A stretch of 64,000 nucleotides of DNA from a virus. Both the position numbers and the translations under genes were made by a program. This document shows, one piece after another, positions 34,470 through 41,872 of this stretch; within the stretch, counting starts at the first letter, position 1; each line of letters opens with the position of its first letter. The stretch lies in the IMG/VR virus record IMGVR_UViG_3300010218_000004, positions 1 to 64,000 of that record; one strand, 5' to 3'. A model generated the notes under the pieces. That model searched no databases, was not told the origin of the DNA, and saw nothing but the letters and a program-made list of their open reading frames with translations.

Positions 34470-34870
34470 ACAGCATCTTCGGCAACCTCGGCACCGTGGG
34501 CCTGGCCCTCGCCCTCACCGTGCTGTTGTTCGTCGGCATCCCCGGCGGCGGCAAGCTCAAGCCGCTCGGCTGGTGGACCACGGTCTTCGTCTCGATGCTC
34601 GCGGGCAGCGCCTACAAGGCCGCGGGCGGAATGTTCAAAGTCGTCCCCGACTTCGTCGGCTGGCTGGTCTCCTTCGCTCAGGGCTTCTGGCGGGGTGCGA
34701 CCATGCCCAGCCTCGCCGTCTGCCTGCTCATCATCATGTTGTGGAAGAAGATGACGACGAAGCAGGTCGCGATCGTCTCCCTGATCTTCTTCTACGTCGC
34801 CGCCGGCGCCGGCGGTAACTGGTCGTACATCAGCGACGCCATCCAGAACGCCCGGATGGGCCTGCAATGA
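34466..34870 (+). CDS. Polytopic membrane protein
   Basis: GTGA coupling to the preceding gene. Tail of ORF 33734..34870. Confidence 0.6.
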   Translation: MNSIFGNLGTVGLALALTVLLFVGIPGGGKLKPLGWWTTVFVSMLAGSAYKAAGGMFKVVPDFVGWLVSFAQGFWRGATMPSLAVCLLIIMLWKKMTTKQVAIVSLIFFYVAAGAGGNWSYISDAIQNARMGLQ

Positions 34871-35586
34871 CGTACTTCTCCCTGCGGAAGCAGGACCCCG
34901 AGACCGAGCCGGACGAGGCGGCGGAGGACGTCGTCGAGGCGCAGGACGAGGGCGACGAGCAGGGAACGGAGGAGGCGCCGGCCGTGGAGACGGTCGGCGC
35001 CATCGCCGCGTTCCGTCAGGGCGTCGCCGGCTATTTCACCTGGTGGGCGGCCCGCATCGGCTACTGGGCGTACCTCATCCACTTCATCGCCGTGTGGGCC
35101 GTGTTCCACTACGCCAACCGCTGGGTGCCCGTCGGCGTCTGCGGCGCCCTGGCGTTCGGGATCTCCCTGTTCATGCCCCGTGAGTGGTTCGAAGGGGTCG
35201 CCGCCCGCCTGGACGCCCGCAGCGCCCGTTTCGGCGGCCGCCGGAAGGGTTCCGTCGAGGCGGAGACGGACGGCCCGCAGGAGGCCACGCAGGAGGCCCC
35301 CGGCGACCCCCTGGCGGCCCTCATGCGGAGCCTGATCGGAGAGGCCCCCGGGGTGCACCTCAAGACCCTCACCGAGGCCCTCGCGAAGGGGGCCGCGGAG
35401 GCCGGCAGTCCCGCCCCCTCCAAGGCCGATGTGGAGAGGGCCCTCGAGGCCCGGCAGATACCCCTCCGGGACTCCGTCCGGGACACCCGCAGGAAGGTCA
35501 ACCGGGGGGTGCACCGGGAGGACCTGGAGGCATACGAAAAGGGCCTCTCCCCGGCCCCAACCGCGCCCCCCGCTACAGGGGTGTAG
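34867..35586 (+). CDS. Membrane protein with a charged C-terminal domain
   Basis: ATGA coupling to the preceding gene. ORF track entry. Confidence 0.6.
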   Translation: MTYFSLRKQDPETEPDEAAEDVVEAQDEGDEQGTEEAPAVETVGAIAAFRQGVAGYFTWWAARIGYWAYLIHFIAVWAVFHYANRWVPVGVCGALAFGISLFMPREWFEGVAARLDARSARFGGRRKGSVEAETDGPQEATQEAPGDPLAALMRSLIGEAPGVHLKTLTEALAKGAAEAGSPAPSKADVERALEARQIPLRDSVRDTRRKVNRGVHREDLEAYEKGLSPAPTAPPATGV

Positions 35587-35662
35587 CAAACCATGTAGTA
35601 GCCCTCTGACCTGCGGTGTAGTAAACCTGCTACAGCCGTAGCGGCCGTGTAGTAGCGGTCCC
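35571..35662. repeat. Cluster of TGTAG/CTACA half-sites
   Basis: Contains GCTACAGGGGTGTAGC, ATGTAGTAGC, TGTAGTAAACCTGCTACA and GTGTAGTAGC. Confidence 0.7.
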
Positions 35663-35684
35663 CGCACCACCCACGGAGCACCCT

Positions 35685-35933
35685 GTGCCACACCTCTACG
35701 AGTGCCTTCAATGCCGCACCCAGTCGCCCGAAACGCGCGACACGTACGCGGCCGCCGAGGACGACCAGCAGCGCCATCGGGACGCCGCCCACGGGGGCGA
35801 CGCCCCGATGGACGGCGACCGCATCCGGAGGGTGCACGCGGACGCCCGCGGTGACGGCATCCTGCCCCGGCACACGTTCCTCGCGGTGCTCGTACTCCTC
35901 GCGCTGGTCCTCGCGAACTGCTGGGGGCGATGA
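35685..35933 (+). CDS. Hypothetical small protein (N-terminal CxxC, C-terminal TM segment)
   Basis: ORF track entry. Confidence 0.5.
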   Translation: MPHLYECLQCRTQSPETRDTYAAAEDDQQRHRDAAHGGDAPMDGDRIRRVHADARGDGILPRHTFLAVLVLLALVLANCWGR

Positions 35934-35950
35934 CCCCGGCGTCGGGTCGT

Positions 35951-36451
35951 CTACGAGCGGGGCGCCGACAGTGCGGGGAGCGGCGTCCTCGGCCGTGGCG
36001 GTCCGTCGTTGTGCCAGTCCTGCACCCATAGGCCGTCGCCGGCGAGGCGACGGCACATCTCGTTGTGGGCGTCCCGGAGGGCTGCGGTGCAGTAGCCGGA
36101 GCGGATGAGCCAGATCGAGCGCCCGCGGGTCTCCAGGCAGAACGCGTAACGCCCGGCCGGCATGCTGGAGGCGGGCACGATCTTCCAGACCGCTTCGGCG
36201 AGGTTGAGGCCCTCGGCGGGCTCCTGCATCCGCCCCTCATGCGTCCAGTGCTGACGCCAGAACTCCATGCCGACCATGTGGCGGGTGGCCCAGTTCAGGT
36301 CCCACACGGCCGGTTCGCGGATGTGGAGCGGGTGTACGTAGATGTCCGCCTGGCCGCCCGGGTGGTCTTCCACGTGGAGTACCTGACCCCGGGGGACGCG
36401 GCCATCGAAGTCGATGTGGTACACCGCGGATGGCGTCAGCTCGTCTCGCAC
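35951..36451 (-). CDS. Hypothetical protein
   Basis: GTG after an AGGAGG RBS, inside ORF 35951..36544. Confidence 0.55.
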   Translation of the reverse strand: MRDELTPSAVYHIDFDGRVPRGQVLHVEDHPGGQADIYVHPLHIREPAVWDLNWATRHMVGMEFWRQHWTHEGRMQEPAEGLNLAEAVWKIVPASSMPAGRYAFCLETRGRSIWLIRSGYCTAALRDAHNEMCRRLAGDGLWVQDWHNDGPPRPRTPLPALSAPRS

Positions 36452-36641
36452 GTGGCCTCCTGTCACTCCGGTAGGCGTCGCGCAGCAGCGGCGGACAGGC
36501 ATGCGTCGCCGTTCGGCTCCGCTCCGCAGACGGGCGCCCATCATGCACCGGCCGGTGACTATCAGCCAATACTCCTTGGACGTCCTGTAATCGCCGTATG
36601 TGAACTGTCCACGCTGGTAGGGCCGTTGACTTGAAAAAAAG

Positions 36642-37043
36642 TCAGGAGTCGCGGACCGGTCGGTTCGCCTCCATGTGGGCCCACACCTTCGCCTGGTCCT
36701 CCGGGCTCAACTCCTCCCAGCCGCGGATGAAGGCGCGTACCTGCCCGTCGTCGGTGTGGAGGGTGTCGATGCCGAAGAACTGTTGACTCGCGGCAATCTT
36801 CACCTCGTTCTCCGGCAGCTGGAGCGCGACGGCGAGGGCGCGGAGCCTTGCGGGGTTCGGCGGCATGATGCGCCGGCCCTTGAGGAGGTTGTCCAGGGTG
36901 CCGCGTTTCCAGAGCGGTGCCGCGCCCTCGCCCGGTGGGGTGGTGAGTTCCTCGAGTCGGCGCAGGCTGAGACCGAGTGCGGTCATGCGGGTGCGGACGA
37001 GGTCGGAGAGTTCGGTGCGCTGCCGCGGCTGGTCTGCCGCCAT
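36642..37043 (-). CDS. XRE-family HTH regulator (candidate immunity repressor)
   Basis: The HTH reads LSDLVRTRMTALGLSLRRLEELT...GTLDNLLKGRR. Alternative starts lie at 37079 and 37115. Three operators lie just upstream. Confidence 0.7.
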   Translation of the reverse strand: MAADQPRQRTELSDLVRTRMTALGLSLRRLEELTTPPGEGAAPLWKRGTLDNLLKGRRIMPPNPARLRALAVALQLPENEVKIAASQQFFGIDTLHTDDGQVRAFIRGWEELSPEDQAKVWAHMEANRPVRDS

Positions 37044-37144
37044 GACTGTCGTCCCCTCGTCCTCGTCGTGGGTGCTCATACCCGGTGGTACGTCTCGGTG
37101 ATCGTTGTTGCTCATTGTGCAATGCCCGGGCGTGCTCGCCTCAG

Positions 37145-37271
37145 TGTCCATGTTTCTGGACAGGCGGCAATAGCCGGGTGGTCTTTTCGGGGTGGGGGAG
37201 GGAGGTTGTCCAAAATCATGGACATGGGGGCCGTGGGGTGGCAGATTCGGGAGTGTCCATACCTTTGGACG
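37145..37271. promoter_or_regulatory. Three operators TGTCCA-N6-TGGAC(A/G)
   Basis: O1 at 37145-37162, O2 at 37207-37224 and O3 at 37254-37271. Confidence 0.75.
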
Positions 37272-37866
37272 CGGACGAGTGAGGGCGGGTTCTGCTCGGG
37301 TACTCGGTCTGCGGCCGCCCTGCCCCACGGGGCCACGGTCTCGGAGGACGTGGCGCGTGCACTCCTGTAGTGGGGGGTCGCCGGGCGGGGAGCCGGCCCG
37401 TAGAAATACTCGACGGTAACTCTCGCATTGGAGATCGTCGTGGATGGTCGGGCTTTTACCTATAACCGGCCGGGCGCCCCGGAAAAACCTGAACGGCGGT
37501 GCGTATGTGTATCCGGCACCTATAGAGAAGGTCACGGTTCCCTAATCGCCGCTTGGCCGTCCGCAAATGATCATCGCGGGTGACGCATATGCCCGGAACG
37601 CGGGATTCCGGTGACTCTGCGACGTTCGGTCAAACGCGGAGAGTTAGCGTCGAGATGCCCCTCCCGTCACCCTTGGCCAAAGCTGCCACGGGTTACCGCA
37701 GGTAGCAGTATCAGTGGTGCGTCTGCGTAGTCACCACGACGGCGACCGACGCGGTCCAGTCACGACCGCGCCGAGACCGGGCGGCTATTTCCCTGCAAAT
37801 CTCGCAGGCAAATGAGATCGGAAAGTAGTCCATGATGTGTGTCGTTCACGGTTCAACTCGGGGGGC

Positions 37867-38721
37867 ATGGAAGTGATACAGGGGGCGTTGAAGGAGGCGT
37901 TGCAGCACCTCCTCCAGAATCGCCGGGCGGAACTCGACCCGGCTGACTTCGGCATCACCCGCGGCGCCCGACAGGGGCGACGCGCAGCCGGCGGGGGTCT
38001 CTCCCAGACGCAGGTCGACGACCTCCTCGGCTTCGGCCGGGGCACGTACGAGCGCCTCGAAAACGGCCGCTACCGGGAGGCTCCCGAGCACGTCCTCAAG
38101 GCGGTGGGGGAGCTGTTCGACCTCAACGCACACGAGTGGGTATGGCTGTGGCGCATGACCTGGCGCCGCGACCCCCCGTACCCGCTCCGCCCGGAGACCG
38201 AGGAGGTCATCCCCGCCTCATGGCACCGGGTCCTCGACGGCCAGCCCCACCCGGCCTACCTCACCAACCACCGCTGGGAGGTCGTCGCCTACAACCAGCA
38301 CTTCCCGCGCATCTTCCCCGACCGTCGTGTCCCCCCGAACACGATGGAGTGGATGCTGCTGTCGCCCGACGCCCGCTGGGTTCTCGGCGACTGGAAAAAC
38401 GCCTGGGCGCCGTTCATCGCACCCCACGTCTGGGCCGCCCGGGCCGCGCACCCGAAGGACGAGTACCTCGCCGACTTCGAGCGGCGCATCCTCGCCGACG
38501 AGGAGGCCGGCCCGATCTACCAGGACTTCGGGCCGATCTTCGTTCACCCCGACGGGGCGTGCCGCCCCTTCAACCACCCCGAACTCGGGCCCGGCTGGAT
38601 CACCCTCCACACGTCGGTCCCCAGGTCGTCATCCAGCTTCACCACCATGCTCATGATCTTCGATCCGGGCCCGGAGCGTCCCCAAGTCCTCCCACCGCTC
38701 CACGCCCGCTACGGCGGCTGA
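37867..38721 (+). CDS. MmyB-like transcriptional regulator (XRE HTH plus a C-terminal ligand-binding-type domain)
   Basis: LQNRRAELDPADFGI...GLSQTQVDDLLGFGRGTYERLENGR is followed by a ~190-aa domain with ...AYLTNHRWEVVAYNQ..., as in MmyB-family proteins. Confidence 0.65.
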   Translation: MEVIQGALKEALQHLLQNRRAELDPADFGITRGARQGRRAAGGGLSQTQVDDLLGFGRGTYERLENGRYREAPEHVLKAVGELFDLNAHEWVWLWRMTWRRDPPYPLRPETEEVIPASWHRVLDGQPHPAYLTNHRWEVVAYNQHFPRIFPDRRVPPNTMEWMLLSPDARWVLGDWKNAWAPFIAPHVWAARAAHPKDEYLADFERRILADEEAGPIYQDFGPIFVHPDGACRPFNHPELGPGWITLHTSVPRSSSSFTTMLMIFDPGPERPQVLPPLHARYGG

Positions 38722-38812
38722 CACCCGCCCCATGACCGGGGTGGCGGGCAACACGCCCCCGATGCCCGCCACCCCGTCACCGCACCACCGTTCACCCATC
38801 CCGGAGGCACCC

Positions 38813-39868
38813 ATGCCCGCACACATCAGACGGCCCGTCATACGGCTCGCTGAACATCCCGTCACCACCGACGCCCTCCTCACGCACGTCCGCGACACGC
38901 ACTCCGCCGACCACCCCCGCATGCCGCTGTGGGAGCGCCTCATCCGCAACACCGGCGTCCGGGAGCGGCGTTGGGCCCGGCCGCTCCCGGAGGCGACCGT
39001 GCGTACCGGTGTCGCCCACCGCGCCAAGACGGCGTTCGGCGATGCTCTCGACCTCGCCGAAACCGCCGCCCGCGAGGCCCTCGACGTCGCCGGACTCGAC
39101 CCCGGCGACGTCGACGCCCTCGTCACCAGCCACACCACCAGCTGGACCGTGCCCGGCATCGACGTCCACCTCGTCGAACGCCTCGGCCTCCGCCCCACCC
39201 TGGCCCGCATGCCACTGTCCACCCTCGCCTGCGCCGGCGGCGCCACCGCCCTCATCCGCGCCCTCGACTACACCCGAGCCTGGCCCGGCGCCCGCGTCCT
39301 CGTCGTCGTCGCCGAAACCCTCTCGACCATCTACCACGACACGGAGACCACCCCGGAGTCGATGATCTACCGGGGCCTCTTCGGGGACAGTGCCGGAGCG
39401 TGCATCGTCACCGGCATCCACCCCGGCCACCCGGCCCCTGACGGCGGCGGGTTCCTCGTCGAACGCCCCTACGAACTGACGATGCCGGGCACCCGCGACC
39501 GCTACTGGGGCGCCATCGACGGCGACGGCCTCCACTTCCTCTCCACCCGCGCCGCCGCCCGCGCGGCCGCCGACGCCATCCCGTACATCGCCGACTGGCT
39601 CGGCGATCGCCCCGTCGAGTGGACGGTCGCGCACCCCGGCGGGCCCCGCATCATCGACGACTTCGTCAACGGCCTCGGCCTCGACGCGGAGAAGGACGGC
39701 CGGCACTCCCACGCCTCCCTCGCCGAGAACGGCAACCTCGGCGGCGTCGCCGTCCTCGACGTCCTCCGCCGCACCCACGACGACCCACCCGCACCCGGCG
39801 CCTCCGGTGTGCTCGCCGGGTTCGGCCCGGGCTTCAACGTCGCCGCCCTACACGGCTCCTGGACCTGA
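38813..39868 (+). CDS. Type III polyketide synthase (chalcone/stilbene synthase superfamily, RppA-like)
   Basis: Cys-His-Asn triad contexts are present: STLACAGGATAL, FGDSAGACIV, AHPGGPRIID, NGNLGGVAVLDVL and GFGPGFNV. ATG 38813 follows a GGAGG RBS (ATG 38732 is the alternative). Confidence 0.85.
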   Translation: MPAHIRRPVIRLAEHPVTTDALLTHVRDTHSADHPRMPLWERLIRNTGVRERRWARPLPEATVRTGVAHRAKTAFGDALDLAETAAREALDVAGLDPGDVDALVTSHTTSWTVPGIDVHLVERLGLRPTLARMPLSTLACAGGATALIRALDYTRAWPGARVLVVVAETLSTIYHDTETTPESMIYRGLFGDSAGACIVTGIHPGHPAPDGGGFLVERPYELTMPGTRDRYWGAIDGDGLHFLSTRAAARAAADAIPYIADWLGDRPVEWTVAHPGGPRIIDDFVNGLGLDAEKDGRHSHASLAENGNLGGVAVLDVLRRTHDDPPAPGASGVLAGFGPGFNVAALHGSWT

Positions 39869-39924
39869 CACTCACCAATCGCGCGACCCCCACCGCGCCC
39901 GGCCAAGCGAGGAACCCCCTACCG

Positions 39925-40524
39925 ATGACTCCCGATGCAGCACGTCCCCGCTCCGTCCGTGGTGGTACCGCCCGCCTCACGCTCGTCCCCAGCCCGGGGG
40001 AGGACACAGACACCAAGACGACGGACACCCAGCCGCCGGTCACGGACGCCGTCCGGCACCGCAGACTCAGCGTCGCCGGCAGCGCGACCGTCCGCGCCCT
40101 CATCGCCCTCGGCGCCCTCTCCGGCGCCGTCGGTATCCCGGTGAGCCGGGCGGACGCCGTCTACAAGTCGCACGAGGAACCGGACCGCGTCGAGGCCGAC
40201 CCCGGCAGCGCCTCCCTCGTCGACACCGCCCCGCCCGCCCGTGCGGCCGCCCACACGGTGACGGCGAGCGCAGGCTCATGGGCCCCGGCCCACACCACCA
40301 CGGTCGCCTACCGGACGACGCCGAAGGTCACCGCCGGCACGGGCCGTCACCGCAAGGCCCACTCATCCGGTGACCACAAGCCGGTGAGGGTCGGGAGCGG
40401 CCGCCACCGCCGGCCCGGACCGCCGACCGTGACCGCGCACCGGCCCGTGACCGCTGCCGTGGCGTCCCTCAAGGTCACCCTGTCCGGTCCCGGCGTACGC
40501 CTCGCCGCGAGCGCCCACCTGTGA
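39925..40524 (+). CDS. Putative secreted protein
   Basis: HRRLSVAGSATVRALIALGALSGAVGIPVSRA-DA resembles a Sec/Tat signal peptide. The remainder is basic and low-complexity. Confidence 0.5.
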   Translation: MTPDAARPRSVRGGTARLTLVPSPGEDTDTKTTDTQPPVTDAVRHRRLSVAGSATVRALIALGALSGAVGIPVSRADAVYKSHEEPDRVEADPGSASLVDTAPPARAAAHTVTASAGSWAPAHTTTVAYRTTPKVTAGTGRHRKAHSSGDHKPVRVGSGRHRRPGPPTVTAHRPVTAAVASLKVTLSGPGVRLAASAHL

Positions 40525-40634
40525 CGATTTGACTTCGTGGGCAAAATGAGCCCACTATTTGATCAGCTGGAACATCTGCCACCAAGGGCCGCCCATAGAG
40601 GCGGCCTTCGGCGTTTCTGGGGAGGCCCCACGCG

Positions 40635-40832
40635 ATGTCCTATCGCCCCGTTCTGATGGCCCCCTCCGACATCGCCCACCTCATCGGCCGCCCCGTCGGC
40701 ACCGTGAAGCGCTGGGCGAGCGAGGGACGGATCACCTCCCACGACGGCCGGTACGACTACCTCGAACTACGCGACGTCGCGACCGGCGCCCTCAAGCGGC
40801 CGCCGAAGAAGGCGCTCGTTCCCGCGGCCTGA
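40635..40832 (+). CDS. Excisionase-family HTH DNA-binding protein
   Basis: LMAPSDIAHLIGRPVGTVKRWASEGRI is an HTH_17/Xis-type motif. Confidence 0.6.
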   Translation: MSYRPVLMAPSDIAHLIGRPVGTVKRWASEGRITSHDGRYDYLELRDVATGALKRPPKKALVPAA

Positions 40833-40849
40833 CCCGCCGCCACATAGAC

Positions 40850-40889
40850 CGGCCCCGCGCGGATCAATGGATTCCGGCGGGGCCGTTTG
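40850..40889 (+). terminator. Terminator hairpin
   Basis: CGGCCCCGC / GCGGGGCCG followed by TTTGA. Confidence 0.55.
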
Positions 40890-40961
40890 ACGTCGGCCGC
40901 CACGCATTGAGGGGTGCGCGGCGGCCGACACCCTCACCCCTCACCCCCCTCCGGAGTCCCC

Positions 40962-41153
40962 ATGCAGACGCTGCCCCCCGGCTACCGCCCGCGCGCACCC
41001 CGCTCCGAGCGGCGTGCCGTGTCCCGACGCACCGCCCGTGACCAGACCCGGGCCATGCACACGTTCCTCGGCACCACGCCCCGGTACGAGCCCGCCCGGG
41101 ACACCTCCTGCGCGGTCCATTACCGCCGGAACCCCTGCAAGCGCTGCGCGTAG
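40962..41153 (+). CDS. Hypothetical small basic protein (63 aa)
   Basis: Internal ATG after a GGAG RBS, with very high GC3. Confidence 0.5.
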   Translation: MQTLPPGYRPRAPRSERRAVSRRTARDQTRAMHTFLGTTPRYEPARDTSCAVHYRRNPCKRCA

Positions 41154-41211
41154 AGCGCCCCCGCCGCCCCACAGAAACCCGACACCCACCCCGCCACGGA
41201 AGGCGCTCACC

Positions 41212-41589
41212 ATGTCTGTCCTCGACGAACTCCACGACATCATCACCGACCTCGAGGGCGAGGGTCACCAACTCGCCGGCCGGTTCCGCGACTTCTACGA
41301 CCGCGTCAAGCACGAGGTCGGTGACCTCCTCGACGGCGGCAAGAGCGAACTCGAACAGTTCCTGGGCGGCCTCGTCAGCACCCTCCGCCCCGAGCTGGAC
41401 AAGCTCAAGGCGGACATCGTCGCCGAGGTCGTCGCCGAACTCGGCAAGGTGACCGGCGCCGTACAGGACGTCGTCCACGAGGTCCAGGTCGTCGTCGGCG
41501 GCAAGGCCGTCAGCGAGAGCACCGTCGCCGAGGTCGCGGGCCGGGTCGCCGAGCAGGCCGGCCGCGACGGCCGCGCCGCCCGCCGCTGA
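41212..41589 (+). CDS. Hypothetical helical or coiled-coil protein
   Basis: Tail of ORF 41014..41589. Confidence 0.6.
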   Translation: MSVLDELHDIITDLEGEGHQLAGRFRDFYDRVKHEVGDLLDGGKSELEQFLGGLVSTLRPELDKLKADIVAEVVAELGKVTGAVQDVVHEVQVVVGGKAVSESTVAEVAGRVAEQAGRDGRAARR

Positions 41590-41660
41590 CGAACCGCCAC
41601 CCCGGCCCCGGGCCCGGTCGAGCCGCCTGCACCGGCTCCCGCCCACGGGCCAACCCCACC

Positions 41661-41698
41661 GCGGGGCCCCGGCCGACGACTCCCGGCCGGGGCCCCGC
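41661..41698 (+). terminator. 14-bp-stem hairpin
   Basis: GCGGGGCCCCGGCC / GGCCGGGGCCCCGC. Confidence 0.5.
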
Positions 41699-41725
41699 GC
41701 CCCCCACCTCGCACGAGGAGACACC

Positions 41726-41833
41726 GTGCTGCGCTTCCATCGCGCCGTGTACGTCGTCGACGGCGTCCGCAAGCAGACCACCTGGTGGCAGTTGGGCGAC
41801 CGCATCCTCCGGCACCGCACCCGGGCCGTCTGA
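41726..41833 (+). CDS. Hypothetical micro-protein (35 aa)
   Basis: Translated by hand. GTG six nt after a GAGGAG RBS. Confidence 0.35.
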   Translation: MLRFHRAVYVVDGVRKQTTWWQLGDRILRHRTRAV

Positions 41834-41872
41834 CCCGCCCCACGTCCCCCCGACCCTCACGGGAGACCCCGC

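Noticed and set aside
32144-35586. A complete conjugative transfer (TraB/FtsK-type) module.
   Set aside because: No Walker A/B FtsK-like ATPase is present in the window; only membrane proteins of Spd-like appearance are. The similarity to plasmid spread loci remains a hypothesis.
37272-37866. An attP/integrase locus next to the repressor.
   Set aside because: No tyrosine or serine recombinase motifs occur in any frame of the window. The three small HTH 'excisionase-like' genes alone do not define an integration module.
37840-37870. A tRNA-like T-loop string (GGTTCAACTC), plus a general search for tRNA genes.
   Set aside because: The flanking bases cannot form a T-stem or an acceptor stem. 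I found no GGTTCGAATCC-type box with matching arms anywhere, but this was not run through tRNAscan.
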